A DNA stretch of 64,000 bases from Campylobacteraceae bacterium (lineage in GTDB: Bacteria; Campylobacterota; Campylobacteria; Campylobacterales; Campylobacteraceae), in contig JAIRXG010000025.1 in NCBI GenBank assembly GCA_031268335.1, positions 744 to 64,743 on the forward strand, read 5' to 3'. This document shows positions 19,302 to 28,230 of this stretch, in pieces. A program made the translations under genes and the position numbers. Within the stretch, counting starts at the first letter, position 1. Every line of letters begins with the position of its first letter. The notes under the pieces were generated by a model that made no database searches, was not told the DNA's origin, and saw only the letters and a list, made by a program, of their open reading frames with translations.

Positions 19302-20086
19302 TGTCTATAATCGAGATTCCAAAAAAGCTTTTGCGTTTGAAAAATCCGCCCAAACAGCTTTTTGCAATCGGCAACAAAGAGCTTTTGGAGCGTAAGAAAA
19401 TAGCAATAGTCGGCAGTAGAAAAGCGCTATATTATTCAAAAGATGCAACACAAAAACTGTCAAATATGCTTTCGTTAAATGGCATTGTCGTTGTAAGCGG
19501 AGGAGCTGTAGGCATAGACGCGGCAGCTCACAGGGGCGCTTTCCCAAACACTATAGCAGTATTGGCAAATTCGCTTGATATTTTTTACCCTAAAATAAAC
19601 TATAAACTTTTAGAAGACATCTCTAAACAAGGATTACTTCTTAGCGAATATCAATCCGCAACATATGCTACAAAATATAGTTTTGTACTTAGAAATCGCC
19701 TTGTTGTAGGGCTTTGCGATGCTTTAGTCATTGCTCAAGCGGATTTAAATAGCGGTTCTTTAAGAAGCGCGCAATTTGCGCTTGAACTTGGAGTGCCTAT
19801 ATATGTTTTGCCGCATAGACTCAAAGAGAGCGAAGGAACGGATATGTTGCTAAAAGAGAGTAAAGCCAAAATAATAGAAAACTTAAGCGAATTTGCAGAT
19901 ACATTTGCCGAAAAATTACCGCAAAATCATCAAAATATCAACTTATATGTAGAAGATGAAATTTTAAAATTTTGTGCTAAAAATAGCGATTTAAACGCAT
20001 GTTTGCGAAAATTCGGAGAAAAAATTTTTGAGTACGAACTTGAAGGAAAGATAAAAATTGTTGATATGAAAGTGAGTTTAGCTTGA
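19298..20086 (+). CDS. dprA: DNA-processing protein A (DprA/Smf)
   Basis: 262 aa. Blocks are IAIVGSRKA, VVSGGAVGIDAAAHRGA and GSLRSAQFALELGVPIYVLPH. Confidence 0.9.
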   Translation: MMSIIEIPKKLLRLKNPPKQLFAIGNKELLERKKIAIVGSRKALYYSKDATQKLSNMLSLNGIVVVSGGAVGIDAAAHRGAFPNTIAVLANSLDIFYPKINYKLLEDISKQGLLLSEYQSATYATKYSFVLRNRLVVGLCDALVIAQADLNSGSLRSAQFALELGVPIYVLPHRLKESEGTDMLLKESKAKIIENLSEFADTFAEKLPQNHQNINLYVEDEILKFCAKNSDLNACLRKFGEKIFEYELEGKIKIVDMKVSLA

Positions 20087-20478
20087 TTATTGCCGCTTTG
20101 GACGTGGGATTAAAAAGAGTAGGTGTGGCTTTATGCTTGAATAATAAAATAGTCATACCCCAAACTCCCATTTTACGCAAAAACAGACTTCAAGCTTCAG
20201 TCGATACGGATGCTTTTTTGAAAGAATGGAGCGTAGAGACTCTTATCGTAGGGTTACCCAACGGTTCAAGCAAAGACGAAATGGAACGCAGAATAAGGTA
20301 TTTTGTCTCTCTTTTAAAGCATGAGTGCGAGATAGTTTTTGTGGACGAGGATTTTTCATCGCATGAAGCAAAAGAGTTGACAAAAAGCGTTTTTAAGCAA
20401 AAAAAAGATGGCAAAATAGATTCTATGGCAGCCGCTGTGATACTAAACAGATATCTTGATACGATGAAAAAAGATTGA
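20083..20478 (+). CDS. ruvX: Holliday-junction resolvase-like nuclease RuvX/YqgF
   Basis: 131 aa. IIAALDVGLKRVGVAL is the N-terminal RNase-H-like motif. TTG start overlaps the dprA stop. Confidence 0.85.
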   Translation: MIIAALDVGLKRVGVALCLNNKIVIPQTPILRKNRLQASVDTDAFLKEWSVETLIVGLPNGSSKDEMERRIRYFVSLLKHECEIVFVDEDFSSHEAKELTKSVFKQKKDGKIDSMAAAVILNRYLDTMKKD

Positions 20479-20487
20479 AGGATTTTT

Positions 20488-21546
20488 TTGCTTTTATATC
20501 TGCATATTCCATTTTGCGATAGCAAATGCTTCTACTGCTCTTTTTGTTCGTATGCCAACAAAAATATCTTGAAAGAGGCTTATTCTGAAGCGATTTTAAA
20601 ACAGTTTGAACAAGAGGCAAAAAGGTTTAATATCAGTGCGAAAAGCATAAGCTCTTTCTTTATTGGGGGTGGTACGCCGTCAACTTTTTCGCCGCAGCTT
20701 CTATCGCCTTTTATAGAAAAAATAACCCCATATCTAACTCAAAATGCAGAGATAACAACCGAAGCAAATCCAAATTCTGCTACATTTGATTGGCTTTTTG
20801 AGATGAAAAAGTTCGGATTTAACCGCATTAGTTTTGGCGTTCAAAGTTTTAATGATAAAAAGTTGAAATTTTTAGGCAGGGCACACGATAGCAAACAAGC
20901 GCTCGAAGCCATAGAAAACGCGCAAAAAGTGGGTTTTAAAAATATCTCTATAGACCTTATTTACAATACGAGGTTGGATAGCAAAGAGTTGCTTTTAAAA
21001 GATATAATAACTGCTGCTGCTTTGCCTATAAATCATTTAAGCGCCTATTCGCTTACTATTGAAAAAAATACGAGATTTTACAAAAAATCAAACGCACAAA
21101 AAGAGTCTTTGTATTTAGCCAAATACGCGATAAAAACATTAAAAGAAAACGGCTTTTTTCAGTATGAAATATCCAACTTTTCAAGAGATTATGAGTGTAT
21201 CCATAATAAAGGATATTGGCGGCAAGATGATTATATAGGCATTGGCTGCGGCGCTGTGGGATTTTATAAAAATCAGCGATTTTATCCGTCTTGCAATTTG
21301 GAAGAGTATATTGAGAATCCTTTTTTAAGTAAAATAGAAAATTTGAGTGAAAAAGATTTGCTGCTTGAAAAAACTTTCTTATCTCTTCGCTCTAATATCG
21401 GATTAGAACTTACAAATATCCCCTTACATGTAGCTGAAAAAATAGAGATTTTATTGTGTGAGAAAAAAGGTTTTATAAAAGATGGGAGATTTTTTAATTC
21501 AAACTTTTTTTTAGCTGATGAAATAGCGTTGTTTTTGAACTCTTAA
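20488..21546 (+). CDS. hemW: Radical-SAM heme chaperone HemW (HemN-like, oxygen-independent coproporphyrinogen oxidase family)
   Basis: LYLHIPFCDSKCFYCSF is the CxxxCxxC radical-SAM motif. GGGTPS and RISFGVQSF blocks are present. The start codon is uncertain (TTG 20488). Confidence 0.85.
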   Translation: MLLYLHIPFCDSKCFYCSFCSYANKNILKEAYSEAILKQFEQEAKRFNISAKSISSFFIGGGTPSTFSPQLLSPFIEKITPYLTQNAEITTEANPNSATFDWLFEMKKFGFNRISFGVQSFNDKKLKFLGRAHDSKQALEAIENAQKVGFKNISIDLIYNTRLDSKELLLKDIITAAALPINHLSAYSLTIEKNTRFYKKSNAQKESLYLAKYAIKTLKENGFFQYEISNFSRDYECIHNKGYWRQDDYIGIGCGAVGFYKNQRFYPSCNLEEYIENPFLSKIENLSEKDLLLEKTFLSLRSNIGLELTNIPLHVAEKIEILLCEKKGFIKDGRFFNSNFFLADEIALFLNS

Positions 21547-21618
21547 AGTATTTTTGTAAAGATGTTTCAAGAAAATTTGGATAAAATAACCCCCTCATTA
21601 TTTGTTTTAAGGAAAAGC

Positions 21619-22011
21619 GTGTTTGGAATAGGCTTTTTTGAATTTATCGTAATAGCGATTATAGCCGTTATTTTTTTGGGTCCCGATAAACTTCCCTCTG
21701 CTATGATAAAAATCATAAAAACTTTTAAAACTTTCAGTAAAAGTATCAATGAAGCAAAAACAGCGATAGAGAAAGAGTTGAATATCGAAGAACTCAAAGA
21801 AGATTCCAAAAAATATCGTGCTCTTTTGGAACAAAATATGCAAAAGATTAAAAAAACAATATCTTCCGATGAACTTTCGATTTTACGGCAGAGTGCCGAA
21901 GAGGTGAACTTGGCATTAGAAGATATTAAAAAAGTGGGTCAAGATAATTACAATGATACAAAAGCAGATGATAAAAAAAGCGCGGCAGAAACGCTTGAAA
22001 ATAAAAGTTAA
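21619..22011 (+). CDS. tatB: Sec-independent translocase component TatB (TatA/B family)
   Basis: GTG at 21619 lies behind an AAGGA RBS and gives MFGIGFFEFIVIAIIAVIFLGPDKLP, the canonical TatA/B N-terminus. The ORF-track start at 21562 would add 19 atypical residues. Confidence 0.8.
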   Translation: MFGIGFFEFIVIAIIAVIFLGPDKLPSAMIKIIKTFKTFSKSINEAKTAIEKELNIEELKEDSKKYRALLEQNMQKIKKTISSDELSILRQSAEEVNLALEDIKKVGQDNYNDTKADDKKSAAETLENKS

Positions 22012-22026
22012 GCGGGGTTAAAAATA

Positions 22027-22860
22027 GTGTTTGAGGATTTTAAACCCCATTTGATAGAGCTTAGAAAGCGATTGATTATTGCCGTTTGTATCTTGTTTGT
22101 CGTATTTTTCATTACTTTTGCATGTTGGGAATTTATCGTAACTTGGATGATATATCCCATTTTTTCGACTATGGGCGTTGAGCAATCGATAGCTTTTGAG
22201 ACGTCAAATCAGACTGTAGCTGAGGCGATTTTAAATTATAAAATGCCCGAACAGATGAAAAATAGTCAATTTATGATAACAACATCTATGTTTGAGGGTA
22301 TTTTTGCAGTATTTAAAGTGTCGTTTTTGTCGGCATTTATACTCTCTTTGCCTCTTATTTTGTGGCAAGTTTGGCTTTTTGTCGCTCCAGGTCTTTATGA
22401 ACATGAAAAAAAACATATCATTCCGTTTGTATTTTTTGCTACCGTAATGTTTGTGTTGGGCTGTGCTTTTTGTTATTATGTCGTATTGCCTACGAGCTTT
22501 GCATTTGCTATGAACTTTGGCAAAAACATCTTTGTTTATATACCGAAAATAAGCGAATATGTGGATATTTTTGTAAAAATTATGTTTGGATTCGGTATCT
22601 CTTTCGAATTTCCGGTCGTGAGCTTTTTTTTAGCAAAAATAGGTCTTATCACCGACAAATCATTGAAAGATTTTTTCAGATACGCTATTGTCATTATATT
22701 TATTTTTGCAGGTATTATCACGCCTCCTGATGTTATTTCGCAAATTTTGATGGCTATTCCTCTTTTACTTTTGTATGCGTTTTCCATAGCTATCGTGCGT
22801 ATGGTAAATCCATACAAAGAGATAGACGACGATTTGGACGAAGAGAATGCAAAAACTTGA
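22027..22860 (+). CDS. tatC: Sec-independent translocase TatC
   Basis: 277 aa and multi-TM. HLIELRKRLI is the N-terminal motif, and the gene sits next to tatB. GTG start. Confidence 0.9.
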   Translation: MFEDFKPHLIELRKRLIIAVCILFVVFFITFACWEFIVTWMIYPIFSTMGVEQSIAFETSNQTVAEAILNYKMPEQMKNSQFMITTSMFEGIFAVFKVSFLSAFILSLPLILWQVWLFVAPGLYEHEKKHIIPFVFFATVMFVLGCAFCYYVVLPTSFAFAMNFGKNIFVYIPKISEYVDIFVKIMFGFGISFEFPVVSFFLAKIGLITDKSLKDFFRYAIVIIFIFAGIITPPDVISQILMAIPLLLLYAFSIAIVRMVNPYKEIDDDLDEENAKT

Positions 22861-23875
22861 TCCTAATTTAGTCTCAAGCTATGATTACCATTTACCGAAA
22901 TCTCTTATCGCCTCACATCCAATAAAACCAAAAGAGGATGCGAGACTGCTTGTCTATAAAAAGAGTGATAAAAGTATTGTTCACGCTAAGTTCGGAGAGA
23001 TTTTTGATTTTTTGCCGAAAAATATGAGCGTTTTATTGAACGATACAAAAGTTATAAAAGCGCGTATTTTTGGCTTTAAACAAAGCGGCGGTAAAGTGGA
23101 ATTGCTGTTTAATTCGGTTGTTAATGAATATGAATTTAAAGTTTATATCAAAGGTAAAGTACAAGTCGGTTCAAGACTTATTTTTGACGAAGAGTTAAAA
23201 GCGATAGTGTTATCTTTAAGTGATGACGGCGCGCGGATTGTGAATTTTTTTAAAAATGAAAAACCTTTACATGCGAGCGAACTTTTTGATATTTTAGATA
23301 AAATCGGACATGTACCGTTGCCGCCTTACATAAAAAGGGAAGATACAAAAGAGGACGAGGAGGATTATCAAACACTTTTTGCAAAAAGCAGAGGAGCGGT
23401 CGCTGCGCCTACAGCTTCTTTACATTTCAGCGAAGAGAGTTTTTCCAAACTTAAAAAATGTTTTGAGACAGAATTTATAACGCTGCATATAGGAGCGGGA
23501 ACATTCAAAGGAGTTGAGGGCGAAAAGATAAATGAACATACGATGCACTCGGAGTATTTTATAATTTCAGATAACGCTCAAAAGATTATACAAAGCGACA
23601 AACCGATTTTATGTGTCGGAACGACGGTTGTAAGAAGCGTGGAGTATTTTGTTCGCACAAAAAAAACAAAAGGAGAGTGCAATCTCTTTTTAACTCCGTT
23701 TAACTCTCCGCTTAGAGTAAACTATCTTTTGACAAATTTTCATCTTCCAAAGTCAACTCTTATTATGTTGGCGGCAAGTTTTATTGGAGTTGACGAAACT
23801 TTGCGGATTTACAAAGAAGCTATAGATAAAAAGTATCGTTTTTTTTCATACGGCGATGCGATGTTGATTTTATAA
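22847..23875 (+). CDS. queA: S-adenosylmethionine:tRNA ribosyltransferase-isomerase
   Basis: 342 aa. Blocks are YDYHLPKSLIASHP, HVPLPPYIKRE, AAPTASLHF and TNFHLPKSTL. Confidence 0.93.
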   Translation: MQKLDPNLVSSYDYHLPKSLIASHPIKPKEDARLLVYKKSDKSIVHAKFGEIFDFLPKNMSVLLNDTKVIKARIFGFKQSGGKVELLFNSVVNEYEFKVYIKGKVQVGSRLIFDEELKAIVLSLSDDGARIVNFFKNEKPLHASELFDILDKIGHVPLPPYIKREDTKEDEEDYQTLFAKSRGAVAAPTASLHFSEESFSKLKKCFETEFITLHIGAGTFKGVEGEKINEHTMHSEYFIISDNAQKIIQSDKPILCVGTTVVRSVEYFVRTKKTKGECNLFLTPFNSPLRVNYLLTNFHLPKSTLIMLAASFIGVDETLRIYKEAIDKKYRFFSYGDAMLIL

Positions 23876-24011
23876 ATTTGATGTTTAAAGTTTTTAGAAA
23901 GATATAGGGCAGCAATATCTAATATAATTATTATAAGAATATAATAATTATAGAAGTATATAAAATTTACACTTTTTTAATGACTTGTTGGTTACTATAT
24001 GTAATAAAAAA

Positions 24012-24506
24012 ATGAGGTTGAGAGTGTCTGAAGAACAAAAGTCCGAAAAGCGATATCGTCCGAATGTAGCGGCAGTTATCGTATCTTGCGAATATCCGCT
24101 TAATTGCAGTATATTTATCGCGCTAAGATATGATATAGAAGGCGCATGGCAGTTTCCGCAAGGCGGTATAGATGAAGGTGAAAGTCCCAAAGAAGCGCTG
24201 TTTAGAGAGTTAAAAGAGGAGATTGGCACAAAAAAAGTAGAGATTATAGCCGAATATCCCGAATGGCTTTCATATGATTTTCCTCAAAAGATTGTTGAAA
24301 GAATGTATCCATATGACGGTCAAATGCAAAAATATTTTTTAGTCAGACTGAAAAAGAGCGCGAATATAAATTTGAAGACAAAACATCCGGAATTTACAGA
24401 GTATAAATTTGTGGATTTTAACGAGGTTTTGGATAGTATTATATATTTTAAAAAACCAATCTATAAAAAGGTATTAGAATACTTTAAAAAAGAAGGATAT
24501 CTGTAA
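24012..24506 (+). CDS. rppH: RNA pyrophosphohydrolase (Nudix)
   Basis: YRPNVAAVI plus the Nudix box GGIDEGESPKEALFRELKEEIG. It lies upstream of lysC as in H. pylori. The start is taken at ATG 24012, though the ORF track opens at 23985. Confidence 0.85.
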   Translation: MRLRVSEEQKSEKRYRPNVAAVIVSCEYPLNCSIFIALRYDIEGAWQFPQGGIDEGESPKEALFRELKEEIGTKKVEIIAEYPEWLSYDFPQKIVERMYPYDGQMQKYFLVRLKKSANINLKTKHPEFTEYKFVDFNEVLDSIIYFKKPIYKKVLEYFKKEGYL

Positions 24507-25711
24507 TGCTAATAGTACAGAAGTATGGTGGAACAAGCGTAGGAACTTTGGACAGAATCAAAGCGGTCGCTCAAAGAGTTATAGAGACAAAAAAAGAGGG
24601 TCATAATTTGGTTGTTGTCGTATCGGCTATGAGCGGCGAGACAAACAAGCTTATAGAGTATGCCGAGTTTTTCAGCAAAACTCCAAGTCAAGCTGAAATG
24701 GATATGTTGTTATCTGCAGGTGAAAGAGTTACAAGCGCACTTTTGGCTATAGCTTTAAATGAGCTTGGATATAAATCTGTGGCTATGAGCGGCAGGCAAG
24801 CAGGTATCATAACCGATAGTTTTCACACAAAAGCACATATAGACCATATAGAGACCGATCATATGAAAAAAACCATAGAAGACGGCACAATAGCAGTTGT
24901 CGCAGGGTTTCAAGGCATAACAAAAGACGGTAAAGTTACCACTTTGGGACGCGGCGGAAGCGACCTTTCGGCTGTTGCTATCGCGGGAGCTTTGGAAGCT
25001 AATTTGTGTGAGATATTTACCGATGTGGACGGTGTGTATACGACAGATCCCAGAATCGAGCCTAAAGCTAAAAAGCTTGAAAAGATAAGTTATGATGAGA
25101 TGTTAGAATTAGCGAGTTTGGGCGCAAAAGTATTGCAAAACAGATCTGTGGAGCTTGCGAAAAAATTGAACGTCAATCTTGTAACAAGAAATAGTTTTAA
25201 TAATAATGACGGAACTTTAATAACAAAGGAAGAAAACATTATGGAACAACCGATAGTAAGCGGAATAGCTCTTGACAAAAATCAAGCCAGAATTACTTTA
25301 AGAGGCGTAGTTGATAAGCCGGGCATTGCCGCTAATATATTTAAAAAATTGGCTGAAAATAATATAAATGTAGATATGATTATCCAAAATGTAGGAGTGG
25401 ACGGCACTACAAATTTAGGATTTACAGTGCCTCAAAACGAACTAGCTTTTGCTAAAAAGATAATGGAAGAGTTGCAATCGTCCGAAAAACTAGAATATGA
25501 CAATGAAATAGTAAAAGTATCAATAGTAGGCGTTGGAATGAAATCTCACAGCGGCGTGGCGGCTTTAGCGTTTAGCACTTTGGCAAATGAAAATATAAAT
25601 ATAGAGATGATAAGCACCAGCGAGATAAAAATTTCTATGATTATACAAGCAAAATATGGTGAACTTGCGGTAAGGACGCTACATAAAGCGTACAAACTTG
25701 ATAAAAATTAG
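24506..25711 (+). CDS. lysC: Aspartate kinase
   Basis: 401 aa. Blocks are MLIVQKYGGTSVG, VVVVSAMSGETN and C-terminal ACT repeats. TAATG overlap with rppH. Confidence 0.96.
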   Translation: MLIVQKYGGTSVGTLDRIKAVAQRVIETKKEGHNLVVVVSAMSGETNKLIEYAEFFSKTPSQAEMDMLLSAGERVTSALLAIALNELGYKSVAMSGRQAGIITDSFHTKAHIDHIETDHMKKTIEDGTIAVVAGFQGITKDGKVTTLGRGGSDLSAVAIAGALEANLCEIFTDVDGVYTTDPRIEPKAKKLEKISYDEMLELASLGAKVLQNRSVELAKKLNVNLVTRNSFNNNDGTLITKEENIMEQPIVSGIALDKNQARITLRGVVDKPGIAANIFKKLAENNINVDMIIQNVGVDGTTNLGFTVPQNELAFAKKIMEELQSSEKLEYDNEIVKVSIVGVGMKSHSGVAALAFSTLANENINIEMISTSEIKISMIIQAKYGELAVRTLHKAYKLDKN

Positions 25712-25867
25712 AGATTGAATGATTGTTGCTTTTATAAGGGTTGCACTAGTAAGTTTTTGAAAGTTTTAAAGTTTCAAATATTTTTTGATAATGGCTTGCG
25801 CAACGATTGTTTTGTGTAAAAATAGCTACATGTAGGTTTAAATAAAAAGCTGGAGATAATAGGTTAT

Positions 25868-26416
25868 ATGCAGGAATTTTTAAAATGGACGCTTGATACT
25901 ATAAGAAAAGAGGGTTCGTCTTTTAGTTGGATGGAGGAAAAACGGTTGGAATGGGTGCCGCTTGTTGTTCCGATGTTAAAAAAAATGCTGCAAGGACATA
26001 CGTTTATAGTAGCCACCGATGATGAAAGAAAATGGTTTGGTGAATATATGATTCACTCTATCAATAAAACGCATCACAATCGTCCGTTTATCTCGTTTAT
26101 TGGTCTACATGCACTCTTTCCCAATGTCAACAATCTCAAAACAAAAGAGGATTTCGAGCTTTTGGAAGATATGTTGTCTCTCTCTTTTTCAAACGGCTAT
26201 ACGTTCTTTTATGTCGGTAAAAGTAATGACGCTAAATATCAGATATCAAAGCAAAAGTATGATAGTTTTTTGTGGATTATGGATGAGCAGGTGCAAAATA
26301 GCTTTTATCTTAAATCCGAAGATGATTTTTTGGATACTAAATTAATACAACTTTTTAAATTACTAAATCGCAGTATAGACGCGGTTTTGTTTGCAGAGGT
26401 TGCGCTTGAGGATTGA
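25868..26416 (+). CDS. hobA: DnaA-binding initiation factor HobA (probable)
   Basis: 182 aa. It lies between lysC and holB, as H. pylori HobA does (lysC-hobA-holB-folP order, from memory). The C-terminal FLDTKLIQLFKLLNRS resembles the HobA C-terminus as I recall it. Confidence 0.65.
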   Translation: MQEFLKWTLDTIRKEGSSFSWMEEKRLEWVPLVVPMLKKMLQGHTFIVATDDERKWFGEYMIHSINKTHHNRPFISFIGLHALFPNVNNLKTKEDFELLEDMLSLSFSNGYTFFYVGKSNDAKYQISKQKYDSFLWIMDEQVQNSFYLKSEDDFLDTKLIQLFKLLNRSIDAVLFAEVALED

Positions 26417-27017
26417 GGGAAGTTACATCCTTACATGTAAAGATTTAGATAAGTTAAAGTCTTACGTTTTTGAAAATTATCCTTCTAAAAATCTTAAACT
26501 TTTTGCGCCGGATGATTTTTTGATTGACGATGCTAAAGCGGTAGTAAAAGAGGCGTATATAGCTGAAAATGAGCAAAAAATTATAGTAACTCTTTCAAAA
26601 AGTTATAATATTTACGCTCAAAATTCGCTTTTAAAGATTTTGGAAGAGCCGCCGCGCAATATAACTTTTGTATTGTGCGCTCCGTCTAAGACGATTTTTT
26701 TGCCGACAATACGTTCGCGTCTTTATATAAAAACCATAGAAGCGGAAAAAATAAGCGTACGCAGCGGGCTTGATTTTAAAAAAATGGGAATAAGCGAGAT
26801 ATACTTTTTTTTAAAAGAGCATAGTTTTTTGAGTAAAGAGGAGATAAAATCATTGCTCCAAGCGATTTTAAGCGAGGCGATAGAACAAGATGTGAGGCTT
26901 GCCGAGGAAGAGATTGAAGAGTTTAGGAAATTGCTGCATTTGGCTGAATTAAACTCAAAAGGTGTCAATTTAATTTTGTGCGCATTACTTTGCATATATG
27001 AAAGACGATATAAATGA
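26391..27017 (+). CDS. holB: DNA polymerase III subunit delta' (probable)
   Basis: About 208 aa. The NSLLKILEEPP and LPTIRSR blocks are typical of clamp-loader delta'. There is no ATG near the 5' end, so the start (TTG or ATT near 26391-26412) is uncertain. Confidence 0.7.
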   Translation: MQRLRLRIEGSYILTCKDLDKLKSYVFENYPSKNLKLFAPDDFLIDDAKAVVKEAYIAENEQKIIVTLSKSYNIYAQNSLLKILEEPPRNITFVLCAPSKTIFLPTIRSRLYIKTIEAEKISVRSGLDFKKMGISEIYFFLKEHSFLSKEEIKSLLQAILSEAIEQDVRLAEEEIEEFRKLLHLAELNSKGVNLILCALLCIYERRYK

Positions 27018-27799
27018 AAACAAAAATAATGGGAATTTTAAATATTACTGAGGATAGTTTTTTTGAAAGCAGCAGAACAAATGTTCCTGAAGCCAAAGAG
27101 AGAATTGAAAAAATGTTGCAAGATGGCGCGGATATGATAGATATAGGCGCGTTATCGTCTCGTCCCGGAAGCAAAGCGATAAGCGAAGAGGAGGAGTTTA
27201 AAAGAGTTCGTGGAGTTTTAGATATAGTTAAACAAAATAGATTTTATGAAAAAGCTATTTTTAGTATCGATAGCTATTCGCCTTTGACGATAGATTATGC
27301 GTTAAATTGCGGGTTTAAGATAATAAACGACATAACCGGATTAAGCGATGATGACGTATGTGTTGCGGCGAAAAAACACAAAGCGACCGTTTGTATAATG
27401 CATATGAAAGGAACTCCTCAAAATATGCAAACAGACCCGACTTATGAAGACGTAGTAAAAGAGGTAGACGAATTTTTTATTCAAAGAGTTGAAAAAGCAA
27501 AGAGTTTTGATATAGAAGATATAATTTTAGACGTTGGGATAGGTTTTGGTAAAAATTTAAATCACAACGTCGCTTTAATCAAAAATCACTTTTATTTTTT
27601 GCATTTTGGGTATCCGCTTCTGGTGGGCGCTAGCAGAAAATCTATGATAAATGAGATTTTGCCATCTGCTATTGAAGAGAGATTGAGCGGCACTTTGGCG
27701 GTTCATATCGAAGCGGTTAGAAATAAAGCTTCTATAATAAGATGTCACGACGTGAAGGAACATGTACAAGCAATACGCGTCTTTGAGGCTTTGCAATGA
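27014..27799 (+). CDS. folP: Dihydropteroate synthase
   Basis: 261 aa. Blocks are IMGILNITEDSFF, DIGALSSRPG, INDITGL and VGASRKS. Confidence 0.93.
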   Translation: MKTKIMGILNITEDSFFESSRTNVPEAKERIEKMLQDGADMIDIGALSSRPGSKAISEEEEFKRVRGVLDIVKQNRFYEKAIFSIDSYSPLTIDYALNCGFKIINDITGLSDDDVCVAAKKHKATVCIMHMKGTPQNMQTDPTYEDVVKEVDEFFIQRVEKAKSFDIEDIILDVGIGFGKNLNHNVALIKNHFYFLHFGYPLLVGASRKSMINEILPSAIEERLSGTLAVHIEAVRNKASIIRCHDVKEHVQAIRVFEALQ

Positions 27800-28230
27800 G
27801 TCACGTAGAAAAATTTTTTATAGATTATAACAGCTTTATGTTATGCGGCGTTTTGGTATTTACTGTTTTACTAATGACTTTTTTGTATATTGTTTTTCGC
27901 AAAATCGAAGAATATGAGAGATTTAAATCGTTTGAATTTTACAACGTAGTGTGGAAGTGGAATTGGATGAGCAAAAAAAGAGTCGTTTCGCTCTGGTGTT
28001 ATTGTCCTCAATGCGGAAGCGAGCTTACATGTGATGACGAATCTTGTCGCTCAAGTAACGTGCTTGCCAATAAAATAACATATTTTATATGCCAAAAATG
28101 CGGCGATGTAGAAAAAAGCAGAATAACCGGCGGCGATAGAAAGTACATAATAAAAATTGTCAAGTTTGAAATAATCAAAAAAGTTAATGAGAATAGTTAT
28201 AAAGATGAGGCTATAAATAAAAATGGATAA
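27796..28230 (+). CDS. Membrane-anchored zinc-ribbon protein, function unknown
   Basis: 144 aa. It has one TM helix (MLCGVLVFTVLLMTFLYIVF) and two CxxC pairs (CPQC ... CQKC). It overlaps folP by 4 nt and ligA by 8 nt. Confidence 0.6.
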   Translation: MSHVEKFFIDYNSFMLCGVLVFTVLLMTFLYIVFRKIEEYERFKSFEFYNVVWKWNWMSKKRVVSLWCYCPQCGSELTCDDESCRSSNVLANKITYFICQKCGDVEKSRITGGDRKYIIKIVKFEIIKKVNENSYKDEAINKNG

